The notes under the pieces: model-generated
Database searches by the model: none
What the model was told of the DNA's origin: nothing
Seen by the model: the letters and a program-made list of their open reading frames with translations, nothing else
Assembly: GCA_040767805.1 (NCBI GenBank)
Contig: JAXGNU010000004.1
Location: forward strand, 64,001-128,000
Direction of reading: 5' to 3'
DNA length: 64,000 bases
DNA from: Thermovirgaceae bacterium
GTDB lineage: Bacteria > Synergistota > Synergistia > Synergistales > Thermovirgaceae
Shown here: positions 1-9,762 of the stretch, piece after piece
How the letters are laid out: each line of letters begins with the position of its first letter
Numbering within the stretch: the stretch's first letter is position 1
Program-made: the position numbers and the translations under genes

Positions 1-23
1 GCGCCGTGCCGCGGGGCGGCGGT

Positions 24-1463
24 TCAATAGGCCCTGGCGAACACCGCCAGCCTCGCCCCCGGTCTGCCCGTGAAGAAACAGTCGCCCCGTTCCTCCCTTT
101 CCATGGGGAAACAGCGAACAGTAGCTCCCGTCTCTTCCTTGATAGCCTTCTCCTCTTCCCGGCCGCCGGCAAAGAAAGCCTCGACGAAACCGCCGCGGCC
201 GCGGAAAGCTTCTTTGAACTCCCCGAAGCCGCCGACCCTGACGGTGTTCTTCTCCCGGAAAGCCAGGGCCTTGGCGAAAAGGTCCTGCTGGATCTCCTCG
301 AGCAGTGCGGGCACCCTTTCCTCCACCCGATCCCAGGGAATGTCCAGGCGCTCGCCGGTATCCCTCCGGACCGCCTGGAAGAGACCTTTCCCATGCTCCT
401 TCTCGCCCAGTTCCAGCCGCAGGGGGATGCCCTTCTGGAGGTTCGCGAAGAAGCGGTCGCCGGGCCTCAGGTGGAAGTCGGTGTCGATCCTGACGGAGCG
501 TTTGCCCAGGAGGACGTTCAGCCTTTCCGCCGCCTCCCGGGACCGGGGGAGGAGTTTTTCGTCCACGTAGGACTGGTCGGAGCTTATGGGGACGATCACC
601 GCCTTGACGGGCGCTACCCTGGGGGGCAGCACCAGCCCGTCGTCGTCGGAATGGGTCATTACTATGGCCCCGATGAGCCTCGTCGAGGACCCCCAGCTGG
701 TGGTCCAGGCGAAGTCCAGTTCACCCTCCCTGTTCTGGAAGGTGATGTCGAAGGCCCTGGCGAAGTTCTGCCCCAGGAAGTGGCTCGTGCCGGCCTGGAG
801 GGCTTTCCCGTCGCTCATCATGGCTTCACAGGAATAGGTGTTGTCCGCGCCGGGGAACCGTTCGCCTTCGGACTTTTCACCGGCCAGGATGGGGAGGCCC
901 AGGACGTTTTCCATGATGTCCCGGTAGACACCCAGCATCTTCAGGGTCTCCTCCATTGCCTCCTCGCTGGTGGCGTGGGCGGTGTGACCCTCCTGCCAGA
1001 GGAACTCGGAGGTCCTGAGGAAGAGCCTGGACCTTTTCTCCCACCTCATCACGTTGCACCACTGGTTGATGAGGATGGGCAGGTCCCTCCAGGACTGGAC
1101 CCACTTGCTGTACATGTGGCCGATGACCGTTTCAGAGGTGGGGCGGACTATCAGCGGTTCTTCCAGTTCCTCCCCGCCGGCGTGGGTCACCACGGCGCAT
1201 TCCGGCGCAAAGCCCTCGACGTGCTCGGCCTCCTTTTCAAGGAAGGATTTAGGGATGAGGAGCGGGAAATAGGCGTTGACGTGGCCCGTCTCCTTGAAGG
1301 CTTCGTCGAAGTGCCCCTGGATCGACTCCCACAGGGCATAACCGTTGGGCCTGATGACCATGCAGCCCCTCACGGGAGCGTAGTCGGCCAGTTCCGCCGT
1401 CTTGATCACGTCCAGGTACCACTGGGAATAGTCCTTTTTCCTGGGAACGATGTTGCGCGCCAT
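24..1463 (-). CDS. proS: Proline--tRNA ligase (eukaryote/archaeal-like type)
   Basis: Motifs YFPLLIPKSFLEKEAEHVEGFAPE, RPTSET, FLRTSEFLWQEGHT, QAGTSHFLGQNF and C-terminal ARAY. Start moved to the ATG at 1463 behind a GAGGAGG RBS. Confidence 0.96.
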   Translation of the reverse strand: MARNIVPRKKDYSQWYLDVIKTAELADYAPVRGCMVIRPNGYALWESIQGHFDEAFKETGHVNAYFPLLIPKSFLEKEAEHVEGFAPECAVVTHAGGEELEEPLIVRPTSETVIGHMYSKWVQSWRDLPILINQWCNVMRWEKRSRLFLRTSEFLWQEGHTAHATSEEAMEETLKMLGVYRDIMENVLGLPILAGEKSEGERFPGADNTYSCEAMMSDGKALQAGTSHFLGQNFARAFDITFQNREGELDFAWTTSWGSSTRLIGAIVMTHSDDDGLVLPPRVAPVKAVIVPISSDQSYVDEKLLPRSREAAERLNVLLGKRSVRIDTDFHLRPGDRFFANLQKGIPLRLELGEKEHGKGLFQAVRRDTGERLDIPWDRVEERVPALLEEIQQDLFAKALAFREKNTVRVGGFGEFKEAFRGRGGFVEAFFAGGREEEKAIKEETGATVRCFPMEREERGDCFFTGRPGARLAVFARAY

Positions 1464-1769
1464 ACGTCCTTCCTCCTCATCCCGTCGCGCCTTGCCGGCG
1501 CCCCTCCAGGTATACCGCACATTTTAGGCACAAAAGGGAGACGGGGCAAGGCAACGCTCCCACTCGTCCCCATGGGCTCGACGGGAGCCGAGGGAAAGGA
1601 CAAAAGCTCCGGGAGGATATATAATCACCCTTGTAAAGGAGTGCAATTCAACCCATCCCTCCTGTCTTCCTGCCCCCCGTCGGAGGTGATGAGAAGGCGA
1701 CGGAACCTGGTGAGGAGAGCGGAAGAAAAAGCCGGAAACCCGTGAGCAGTTGAAAGGAGTGGGATTGAA

Positions 1770-2990
1770 TTGGCTGAAAAGAAGAAGATCCCCCTTGTCT
1801 GGAAGATCGCGATCGGTTTCGTGGCCGGCATCATCGCCGGCGTGGTTTTTGGCGAAAAGGTCTCCGTCATCGCCCCGGTCGGCTCCATCTTCATAGCGCT
1901 ATTGCAGATGCTCGTCGTCCCCCTGGTCTTTTCGAGCCTCGTAGTGGGCACGGCTTCGATAGGCGACCCCCTCTCCCTGGGGAGGGTGGGGATCAAGACC
2001 CTGGCCCTCTATCTCATCACCACCGCTATCGCCATCGCCATCGGTCTAGTCCTGGGCAATATCATCAACCCGGGCGCGGGAATGGGCCTGGGGGCCGACC
2101 TCTCGGCCTTCCAGATCCCGACCCCCCCGAAGATCGGCCAGGTCATCATAGATCTTTTCCCGAAGAACCCCGTGGCCTCTATGGCGCAGGCCAACATGCT
2201 CCAGATAATCGTCTTCGCCCTCTTCCTGGGAATGGCGGCGATCTTCGCCGGTGAGAAGGGCAAGCCCCTCATCAGCGTGATGGACTCCCTCGCCGAGACC
2301 ATGTACAAGTTGACGGGCATGGTCATGGAGGTGGCGCCCTACGGCGTGTTCGCCCTGATCGCCACGACGGTGGCGAAGTACGGGATATCGGTGATGGCGC
2401 CCTTCGGAAAGGTCATCTTCGCCGTCTACCTGGGCTGCTTCCTCCACGCGGCCATCGTCTACTCGGGCCTCCTCTCCATCTGGGCCCGCTTCTCGCCCCT
2501 GCGCTTCTTCAAAGGCGTGCAGGAAGCGTCGATCATGGCCTTCGTGACCCGCTCCAGCGGGGCGACGCTACCCGTCAACATGAGGGTGACCCAGGAGAAC
2601 CTGGGGGTCTCCGAGAAGATCGCCTCCTTCGTGCTCCCCCTGGGGGCCACCATAAACATGGACGGCACCGCCCTGTACCAGGGCGTCTGCGCCCTCTTCG
2701 TGGCCCAGGCCTTTGGGATCGAACTGTCCATAGGGGCCCAGCTGGGGATCCTGCTGGCGGCCACCCTGGCCTCCATCGGGACCGCCGGCGTGCCGGGGGC
2801 GGGGCTGATCATGCTGACCCTGGTCCTCACCCAGGCCGGGCTGCCGGTGGAGGGCGTGGGCCTGCTGGCGGGAATCGACGCCGTGCTGGACATGGCCCGG
2901 ACGTCGATCAACATCACCGGCGACGCCGCGGTCGCGGTCGTGGTGGCGAAAACGGAGGGTGAACTCAGGGATGTCACGAAGGCCGCGTAA
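1770..2990 (+). CDS. Dicarboxylate/amino acid:cation symporter (DAACS/GltP family)
   Basis: Hydrophobic 406 aa protein with TRSSGATLP, LPLGATINMDG and LDMARTSINITGD motifs; TTG start after AAGGAG. Confidence 0.93.
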   Translation: MAEKKKIPLVWKIAIGFVAGIIAGVVFGEKVSVIAPVGSIFIALLQMLVVPLVFSSLVVGTASIGDPLSLGRVGIKTLALYLITTAIAIAIGLVLGNIINPGAGMGLGADLSAFQIPTPPKIGQVIIDLFPKNPVASMAQANMLQIIVFALFLGMAAIFAGEKGKPLISVMDSLAETMYKLTGMVMEVAPYGVFALIATTVAKYGISVMAPFGKVIFAVYLGCFLHAAIVYSGLLSIWARFSPLRFFKGVQEASIMAFVTRSSGATLPVNMRVTQENLGVSEKIASFVLPLGATINMDGTALYQGVCALFVAQAFGIELSIGAQLGILLAATLASIGTAGVPGAGLIMLTLVLTQAGLPVEGVGLLAGIDAVLDMARTSINITGDAAVAVVVAKTEGELRDVTKAA

Positions 2991-3675
2991 GGTCCTGGGC
3001 GTCCTCGGGGGCATGGGCCCGGCGGCGACGGCGGAGTTCCTGCGCCTGCTCGCCGTACTGGCCGGGGGGGAGAGGGACCAGGACCACCCGAAGGTCCTCC
3101 TCTTTTCGAACCCCCAGGTGCCGGACAGGACCGCGGCCATTTTGCGGGGCGGGGAAGACCCCGCCCCGCTTATCCTCGACGGCCTCAGGAGGATCGAATC
3201 CTGGGGCGCCGACCTGCTTGCGGTACCCTGCAACACGGCCCACGTGTTCATCGACCGGTTCCGTGAAAAACTGAAGGTCCCCCTGGTGCACATCGTCGAG
3301 GAGACCCTGGAGCGGGCCCGCCGGAGGAACCCCGAAGGGGCCTGGCTCGCCGCGACGATGGGGACCGTCGCTTCGGGGATCTACAGCCGCGAGGCCCTGA
3401 AGCACGGCTACGACCTGCTCCTCCCCGGCCCCGACGTCCAGGGGGATCTGCAGGAGGTAGTGACCCTGGTCAAGGCCAACCGGTTGGACCGCTCGGGGGC
3501 GGCCATGGCGGAAGCCGTCGGCCGCCTCAAGGGACAAAGGGACCTCCCCGTGATCGGGGCCTGCACCGAGCTGCCCCTCGCTTACCAGGCCTCGGGGCTC
3601 GAACCCGGCGGGATGGTCTCCAGTCTCGAATCCCTCGCCGAGGCCTGCCTGGAAAGGATCTACTCCCCGTCCTGA
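2971..3675 (+). CDS. Aspartate/glutamate racemase family protein
   Basis: GVLGGMGPAAT N-terminus and two catalytic Cys motifs (PCNTAH, ACTE). Overlaps the symporter stop. ATG at 2971 chosen as start. Confidence 0.88.
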   Translation: MSRRPRKVLGVLGGMGPAATAEFLRLLAVLAGGERDQDHPKVLLFSNPQVPDRTAAILRGGEDPAPLILDGLRRIESWGADLLAVPCNTAHVFIDRFREKLKVPLVHIVEETLERARRRNPEGAWLAATMGTVASGIYSREALKHGYDLLLPGPDVQGDLQEVVTLVKANRLDRSGAAMAEAVGRLKGQRDLPVIGACTELPLAYQASGLEPGGMVSSLESLAEACLERIYSPS

Positions 3676-3907
3676 GCGGGAGGTCCTTCGGGGCAGGCCG
3701 CTTCTTCCCGCCCCTGGAGAGGCGGGCCACCCTTCCAGTTTCCCCCTTGGCCGAGAGAGCCGCTGGGATAATGATCTCCTAAAGGTTGATCCTGTGGCTG
3801 TGCTTTTCAACGGCCGCCTTCTCCCCCGAGAATTGGAAAACCTGGGATTTTGGCCGCGCAGGGCCCTGGCCCGGGTGGATGCTCCTGTGGCCGTTGGTGG
3901 AATAGGT

Positions 3908-4378
3908 TCAGCTCTTTTCCCGGCCCCGGGCGGGGCCGTCTCGGCCGAGGCGGCGGAGGACCAGGCTCCAGGCGGCGAGGTCGTCGACGCTCCTGGGGGG
4001 GACGAGAAGGCCCCTGGGGATGAGCCGCCGCAGCCCCCTGGGGGGGTGGATCTGCCAGTAGAGCGCCCTTCCCCTTTCCGAGGAGTACTCTTCGGGGACC
4101 TGTTCAACCCGGAGCCCCGCGGAGGCCAGCCTCTTGATGCAGGGGGCGCTTCCCGTGCCGGAACCTACGATGACGAAACCCGGGAAGACGTTGCTGTCTT
4201 CGGCGTCGAACCTTTCTATGGCCCTTTCTACCAGGAAGGGGAAGTCCCCCTCCAGGACGGCCGCGGCCCAGGCCTCGAGGTCACCCAGAACGGAGACGCC
4301 CGATAGGAGGAGGTCGCCCGAATCGGTGGTGACGGCCCAGCCGAACTTGTCGGTCCCGGGATCGACGGCGATGAGCAT
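3908..4378 (-). CDS. YqgF/RuvX-like RNase H-fold protein
   Basis: IAVDPGTDKFGWAV start, E-x-x-S-S-x-x-G-R-x-L-Y-W segment and VDDLAA motif. Confidence 0.75.
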   Translation of the reverse strand: MLIAVDPGTDKFGWAVTTDSGDLLLSGVSVLGDLEAWAAAVLEGDFPFLVERAIERFDAEDSNVFPGFVIVGSGTGSAPCIKRLASAGLRVEQVPEEYSSERGRALYWQIHPPRGLRRLIPRGLLVPPRSVDDLAAWSLVLRRLGRDGPARGREKS

Positions 4379-4379
4379 C

Positions 4380-5264
4380 TCAAGGGCCCTCCGTCGTCGA
4401 AGCCCACCGCGGGTAGAGCCACATCCACTGCCCCGGGTGGCGGGCTATCCATTCGCCCAGGGTGTCGTTGCACAGTTCCAGGGAGGCCTCCACCTTCTCG
4501 CCGAAGGGGGCCCCCCCTGCCTCGCCCAGGGCGGGCTCGATATAAAGGTCGTGGCGCACGCCATCGGACCGGCGCACGATGAAAATGGGAACCACGGCGG
4601 ACCCTATCCTGTCGGCCATCTTGACCGGGCCGAAGGGCGTGCTCGCCGGCACGCCCATGAAGGGGACCACGATGCCATCGTCACCGAAATCCTGGTCGAG
4701 GAGCACGCCCAGGACCTCGCCTTTTTTCAGGCAGCGGACGGCGCTCTTGAGGTCGAACCCCCGGCTCATGGTCTTCACCCCGCAGGACGAACGCAGGGAT
4801 ACGACCAGGTCCGTTACGCGGGGGTCCCTCTGCTCGGCGCCGATGGCGTTCATGGGGTAACCCATCATGGCCAGGGCTGCGGCGGCGAACTCCCAATTCC
4901 CCAAGTGGGCCGTCAGGGCTACGACCCCCTTGCCTTTCGCCAGGGCTTCCCTGAGGTTCTCCTCGCCGTGGACCTCGACATAGTCCAGGAGTCCCGGGCA
5001 GAGGGAGGGCAGCCGGAGCACCTCGGCCAGTCCCCGCCCTAGGTTCCGGTAGGACTCTTTCACGATGGCCCTGGCCGTAGTCACGCCCACCTGGAGGACC
5101 CTGACGCACCTGGCCTCGGCGCGATCGACCCTGGCCCGGCTGAAGAACCACACCAGCACACCCGCCCACCCCCCGAGACTAACCGCGGGGGCGTGGGGCA
5201 CCCTGTTCACGATCCACCGGAAGCCCTCGAGCAGGCGCCAGGTGGCATCCTGGGACAGTTTCAA
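4380..5264 (-). CDS. Lipid A biosynthesis / lysophospholipid acyltransferase (LpxL/HtrB family)
   Basis: TAHLGNWE, LLDQD, VPFMG and PGQWMWLYPRW motifs. Confidence 0.88.
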   Translation of the reverse strand: MKLSQDATWRLLEGFRWIVNRVPHAPAVSLGGWAGVLVWFFSRARVDRAEARCVRVLQVGVTTARAIVKESYRNLGRGLAEVLRLPSLCPGLLDYVEVHGEENLREALAKGKGVVALTAHLGNWEFAAAALAMMGYPMNAIGAEQRDPRVTDLVVSLRSSCGVKTMSRGFDLKSAVRCLKKGEVLGVLLDQDFGDDGIVVPFMGVPASTPFGPVKMADRIGSAVVPIFIVRRSDGVRHDLYIEPALGEAGGAPFGEKVEASLELCNDTLGEWIARHPGQWMWLYPRWASTTEGP

Positions 5265-5369
5265 AGGCGGACCTCCTCACAAGAGGATGAACGATCGGCA
5301 TCCTTGACGGTATACCTTCATCTGTTAAACTCGTTTTAGTCTAGCACAAAATTAAAGGGGGCATCGGCC

Positions 5370-6167
5370 ATGTTCAGAAAGATCCTCTTCCCGATCGATC
5401 TTTCGGACCTCTCACGAAAGGGGCTGGCCTGGACGACCCGGAACGTGGCCGACCCGTCCTCGGAACTGGTCCTGGTCCACGTCCTAGAACCCATAGGCGG
5501 CATGGACACGGGCCCGATGGTCCACAAGGCGGAAAGGTCCATGGGCCTCATCGGGGCGGAACTCACTTCCATCGGCATCAAGAACAGGTCCTTCGTCGTT
5601 GTCGGCGACCCCTACGAGATACTGCCGGAGATAGCCCACTCCGAGGGGTGCTCCCTGTGCGCGCTTTTCGCCGACCGGGAGGACGTGGTGGTGCCTTCCC
5701 TGCGGCTCATGGCCCTGCCCCACCTCGTCTTCAAGGCCTCGAGCGGCGTCATGCCCCCGCCCGACCCTTTCCGCAGGATAACGGTGGCGGCGGACCTCTC
5801 CCCCACCAGGACCGACGTAGTCTTCAGGGAACTGAAGAAGCTCCTGGCCGGCAGGGTCGTCCCGATGACCATCCTGCACTCCCTGTTCATGGAGGACACC
5901 CTCACATCGACGGAGATGTTCCAGGCCGCCTCCGCGGCGCTGGAGGAGGTGCGGGCGTCAGTGGAAAAGTGGAACCCCGGCACGGGGGCCGAGGTCCTGG
6001 GCGGTCACCCCGAGGTGGAGATTCTCCGCAGGGTCGAGAAGATCAACCCCGGCATGCTCGTGGTGGGGCTCTCGGTCCACGGTCACTTCTGGGAACTCAT
6101 CGTAGGGAGCACCGGCGAAGCCATCATAGAGAAGTCGCCCTGCCCCGTACTGGTGATCCCCTCCTGA
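5370..6167 (+). CDS. Universal stress protein (tandem Usp domains)
   Basis: MFRKILFPIDLS start and C-terminal GSTGEAIIEKSPCPVLVI. Confidence 0.8.
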   Translation: MFRKILFPIDLSDLSRKGLAWTTRNVADPSSELVLVHVLEPIGGMDTGPMVHKAERSMGLIGAELTSIGIKNRSFVVVGDPYEILPEIAHSEGCSLCALFADREDVVVPSLRLMALPHLVFKASSGVMPPPDPFRRITVAADLSPTRTDVVFRELKKLLAGRVVPMTILHSLFMEDTLTSTEMFQAASAALEEVRASVEKWNPGTGAEVLGGHPEVEILRRVEKINPGMLVVGLSVHGHFWELIVGSTGEAIIEKSPCPVLVIPS

Positions 6168-6177
6168 AGCCCTCCCT

Positions 6178-7470
6178 TTAGGGGCGGTCCCTGGAGGCGG
6201 CCTCCATCTCCTGCAGTATGCGGAGGATCGCCGAATCGGCGGCCGTGAGCCCTTCCCTGCTGAAATCGCCCACGTTCTTCGCCGTCACGGCGAAGTCGGA
6301 GGATATCATCCCCTGGTCCCCCGGGTCTGCGAGGCCCTGAAGGACGAGAAGCGCGGTGGTGCACGCCTCGGCCGCGGCGGTGCCCACCTTGAGGGCGCAG
6401 GAGCCCTTGGCGCCGTCGCACACCATCCCCTGGAGTGAGGACAAGAGCAGAGCGACCGATATCTCGGCCTGCCGCGGGGTGCCCCCGCCGAGCCGGACCA
6501 GCGCGGCCGCCGCCCCAGCCCCGGCGGCGATGGCGCAGCCGCATACTGGGGTCAAGCGCCCGGTGTGGGCCTTGATGAAGCCCGTCACGAGGTGGCTCAA
6601 GGCGAGGGCCTCCGCCAGTTCTCTCTCGGACTTCCCCCAGGCGCGGGCCGCCACCGAGGGGGGGACAATGGCGGTGATGCCGTGGTTGCCACTCCCGGCG
6701 CTGCTCATGACAGGCCAGGGGCCGCCGGCCATCCTTACGTCGGCCGCCGCAGCGGACCAGGCTTTCACGGTGTGGATAAGGTTGTCCATCCCCTCCAGGG
6801 CCAAAAGGTTGAAACCTATACCCAGGCCCCAGGGCCTGGAGAGACCCTGTTCGGCCACACCCATGTTCATCCCGGAACCTTCGAGAAGGAACCGGACATC
6901 CTCCTCTTCGAGGCGTCCGGCGAGTTCCCAGAGGCCCTCCATGTCCTCACCGAGCAGTTCCTCGATGTAGGGGAGCCGCCCGCCGCCGTCGGAATCGGCC
7001 TCGAGGAGCCTTTTCACGACTCGCCCGTTCTTCCTCACCTGGACAACCCTGTCGTGCCTCCCCGAAATGATCACCGTGACGGTACCGGTTTCATCGACCA
7101 GTTCGACCTCCACGTAGACGGAGGGGACGTCGGTGACCACCGTCTGGGTCACCACCCCGGAATCGACCAGTTCCTTCGCGGCTTCCACGTCCTCGGCGGT
7201 TACCCCGTCGAGGGCCATCAGGCCCTTCTCCGGGTCGCCCTTCAGGGCGCCGAGGGCCGCGGCTAGCAAGTTCCCAGTGCCGCCCCCCGTGCCGGGTATG
7301 CCGGCATGGAGGCCGTTCTTGAAGATATTGGGGGAAAGCCGGAGCGTGATGGACCTTACCGGGCCCCCGCCATGCTTGGCCGCCCAGGAAGCGGCCAGCG
7401 CTACGGCGCCCGGCTCGGTACATCCCAGGGCCGGTTTCACCTCGTTTGACAGGAACGTCCTTATATCCAA
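6178..7470 (-). CDS. UPF0597 / L-cysteine desulfidase (YhaM/CdsB)-like serine dehydratase alpha family protein
   Basis: PALGCTEP, MSSAGSGNHG, LTPVCGC and GMVCDGAKGSCALK motifs. Confidence 0.85.
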   Translation of the reverse strand: MDIRTFLSNEVKPALGCTEPGAVALAASWAAKHGGGPVRSITLRLSPNIFKNGLHAGIPGTGGGTGNLLAAALGALKGDPEKGLMALDGVTAEDVEAAKELVDSGVVTQTVVTDVPSVYVEVELVDETGTVTVIISGRHDRVVQVRKNGRVVKRLLEADSDGGGRLPYIEELLGEDMEGLWELAGRLEEEDVRFLLEGSGMNMGVAEQGLSRPWGLGIGFNLLALEGMDNLIHTVKAWSAAAADVRMAGGPWPVMSSAGSGNHGITAIVPPSVAARAWGKSERELAEALALSHLVTGFIKAHTGRLTPVCGCAIAAGAGAAAALVRLGGGTPRQAEISVALLLSSLQGMVCDGAKGSCALKVGTAAAEACTTALLVLQGLADPGDQGMISSDFAVTAKNVGDFSREGLTAADSAILRILQEMEAASRDRP

Positions 7471-7570
7471 TGGAGAGACCTCCCCTTAGGAATTTTCGTT
7501 GACGTCACAGTTTTACATCAAAGACCCCCGGGCAACAAGGCCGGCGGGAAACACCGACGGGGAGGACGAA

Positions 7571-7596
7571 GCGCGGGGCCCCGAAGGGCCCCGCGC
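7571..7596. terminator. GC-rich hairpin downstream of the mutase/decarboxylase operon
   Basis: GCGCGGGGCCC-CGAA-GGGCCCCGCGC perfect stem; no clear U-tract. Confidence 0.5.
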
Positions 7597-7634
7597 GGGC
7601 GGAAACTTTTGAAAGAACCGGTGAGAAGCCTCTC

Positions 7635-8759
7635 CTAGTTGAGCAGTAGGGTGAGGAAGGTACCGGCCGCCACGGCCGTCCCGATGACACCGGCGACGTT
7701 GGGCCCCATGGCGTGCATGAGGAGGAAGTTCCCCGGGTTCTCGCTGGCGCTTATCCTCTGGACGACCCTGGCCGCCATGGGCACGGCCGACACCCCGGCG
7801 GCGCCGATCATGGGGTTGATCTTGCCTCCCGAGAGGACCTTCATCAGCTGGCCGAACAGAACCCCGCCGGCCGTGGAGAAGGCGAAAGCCACCAGGCCCA
7901 GGGCGATGATCTTTATCGTGGCCGCCGTGAGGAAGCTCTCGGCGCCCATCGTAGCGCCTACGGAGAGCCCCAGCAGGATGGTCACGGTGTTGAGTATCTC
8001 GTTCTGGGCGGCCTGGTTCAGCCTTTCGGTGACACCGCACTCCCTCAAGAGGTTGCCGAACATCAGGAGGCCGATCAGGGGCACGGAGGCGGGCAGTATG
8101 AGCCCCGAGGCGACGGTGCTGACTATGGGGAAGAGGACCCTCTCCCTCTTGCTGACGGGGCGGAGGGTGTCCATCCTGATGGCGCGATCTTTCCTGGTAG
8201 TGAGCAGCTTGATGACGGGCGGCTGGATCAGCGGCACCAGGGACATGTAGCTGTAGGCGGCCACCGCCACGGCCCCAAGGATCTGCGGGGCCAGTTTCAT
8301 CGTCGTGTAGATGGCCGTAGGCCCGTCGGCCCCTCCGATTATCCCGATGGAGGCGGCCTCGGGGACCGAGAAGCCTATCATCATGGCCCCGAAGAGGGCC
8401 ACGAAAACCCCGAGCTGCGCGGCGGCCCCCAGGAGGAAGGTCAGGGGGTTCGCCAGGAGGGGCGAGAAGTCCGTCAGGGCTCCTATGCCCATGAAGATGA
8501 TCACGGGATAGATCTCGTGCTCCGTACCGTAAAAAAGGTACCGCAGGAAGCCGCCCTCGTCCATGATCCCGGAGAGGGGCAGGTTGACCAGCAGGCAGCC
8601 CGTCGCGATGGGGACCAGGAGAAGAGGTTCGAACCCCTTGCCGATGGCCAGGTAAAGCAGGATACAGGCCACCACGAGCATTATCACGTTTCCGGTGGTC
8701 AGCCCCATGAATCCCGACTGTTCCAGGATCTCCGCGAGGGCCTTAATGACAAGTCCCAT
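7635..8759 (-). CDS. mmdB: Na+-translocating methylmalonyl-CoA decarboxylase beta subunit
   Basis: FEPLLLVPI, IGIIGGADGPT, AAYSYMSLVP and HAMGPNVAGVIG motifs; operon context. Confidence 0.92.
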   Translation of the reverse strand: MGLVIKALAEILEQSGFMGLTTGNVIMLVVACILLYLAIGKGFEPLLLVPIATGCLLVNLPLSGIMDEGGFLRYLFYGTEHEIYPVIIFMGIGALTDFSPLLANPLTFLLGAAAQLGVFVALFGAMMIGFSVPEAASIGIIGGADGPTAIYTTMKLAPQILGAVAVAAYSYMSLVPLIQPPVIKLLTTRKDRAIRMDTLRPVSKRERVLFPIVSTVASGLILPASVPLIGLLMFGNLLRECGVTERLNQAAQNEILNTVTILLGLSVGATMGAESFLTAATIKIIALGLVAFAFSTAGGVLFGQLMKVLSGGKINPMIGAAGVSAVPMAARVVQRISASENPGNFLLMHAMGPNVAGVIGTAVAAGTFLTLLLN

Positions 8760-8790
8760 ATTGAACCTCCCCTTCGAGGATCTTCATGTC

Positions 8791-9201
8791 CTAGCCGATC
8801 ACGAGAAAGACATCGCCCGTGTTCACCGGGGAACCATCGGACACCCTGATCTCCTTCACGGTCCCGGCGGAAGGGGCCTGGATCTCGTTCTCCATCTTCA
8901 TCGCCTCGAGGACGAGGAGAACGTCCCCGGTGTTGACGGCGGCGCCGACGCTGGTGAGCACCCTCAGCACTTTACCGGGCATGGGGGCGACCACGGGGGT
9001 ATCGCCGGCTGCCGCCGGCACCGGGGCGGCGGCAGGGGCCGGGGCGGGGGCAGGAGCCGGGGCCGGAGCGGCGGCGGGAGCGGGCGCCGGGGCAGCGGCG
9101 GGAGCGGGCGCCGGGGCGGGAGCCGATGCCGTGGAACCGACATCCTCCACTTCTACCTCGTAGGCGAGCCCGTTGACGGTGATCCTGTATTTTTTGGCCA
9201 T
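8791..9201 (-). CDS. mmdC: Biotin carboxyl carrier (gamma) subunit
   Basis: EAMKM biotinylation motif and Ala/Pro linker. Confidence 0.92.
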   Translation of the reverse strand: MAKKYRITVNGLAYEVEVEDVGSTASAPAPAPAPAAAPAPAPAAAPAPAPAPAPAPAAAPVPAAAGDTPVVAPMPGKVLRVLTSVGAAVNTGDVLLVLEAMKMENEIQAPSAGTVKEIRVSDGSPVNTGDVFLVIG

Positions 9202-9251
9202 GGTTTGGATTTTCCTCCTTATTTTTTATCTAATGATCGAACTATTGTTTT

Positions 9252-9345
9252 AAGTGCCGTGAGTCGTAAGTGCCGTGAGTCGTAAATCGGAAGTGCCGTG
9301 AATCGTAAATCGAAAAACGTGAAGCGAAACCTTCCAGGATTTACG
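9252..9345. repeat. Intergenic tandem 16-mer/7-mer repeats (AAGTGCCGTGAGTCGT x2, AAGTGCCGTGAATCGT, AAATCG units)
   Basis: Units at 9252-9267, 9268-9283 and 9291-9306; inverted GATTTACG at 9338-9345. Same family as the repeats at 43.5-43.75 kb and 55.0-55.2 kb. Confidence 0.85.
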
Positions 9346-9348
9346 TAA

Positions 9349-9756
9349 TTACTCGAACCCCTCCAGGAGGTCCATCCTGCCGGCCATCTTCCAGGCGGTG
9401 GGTTTGCCGCGGCCGATGACCTCCAGGGGCCTCAGCGACAAGGGTCTACCGATGCCCGAAGCCGCCAGGGCCGCCGCTATCACGGCGGCGGTGACGTTCT
9501 TGTCGGGGCCGGCAGGCGGCGTAAAGGCAGGCGGGGCGGGCGGAGCCGGCGGGGCCGGAGAGGTCTTCGGCCCGGGTCCCTCGGGTTTCGACGGTTTGCG
9601 CTCGGAGACAACGGCTAGGTAGCGGATGGCCATGATGGTGAGCGTGAGGGCGACCAGCACGATGAATACCGTGGAGAAGGCGATCAAGGAAAGCGCTATG
9701 GGGCCGCCTATCCCGTGGGAGAACTGCTCGGCGATGCGGGCTGTTTCCATTTCCAT
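9349..9756 (-). CDS. mmdD: Decarboxylase delta/OadG-family subunit
   Basis: Single N-terminal TM helix, Pro-rich linker, AAVIAAA and C-terminal WKMAGR; lies between the alpha and gamma subunit genes. Confidence 0.82.
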   Translation of the reverse strand: MEMETARIAEQFSHGIGGPIALSLIAFSTVFIVLVALTLTIMAIRYLAVVSERKPSKPEGPGPKTSPAPPAPPAPPAFTPPAGPDKNVTAAVIAAALAASGIGRPLSLRPLEVIGRGKPTAWKMAGRMDLLEGFE

Positions 9757-9762
9757 TACCCC

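Noticed and set aside
1464..1769. T-box leader for proS
   Set aside because: No T-box antiterminator consensus (GGTGG-ACC) or terminator found on the minus strand.
3676..3907. 230-bp gap between convergent genes as a possible ncRNA
   Set aside because: No recognisable RNA motif or convincing structure by eye; an Infernal/Rfam scan would be needed.
9005..9130. GC-rich tandem repeats inside mmdC
   Set aside because: They encode the ordinary Ala/Pro linker of biotin carrier subunits.
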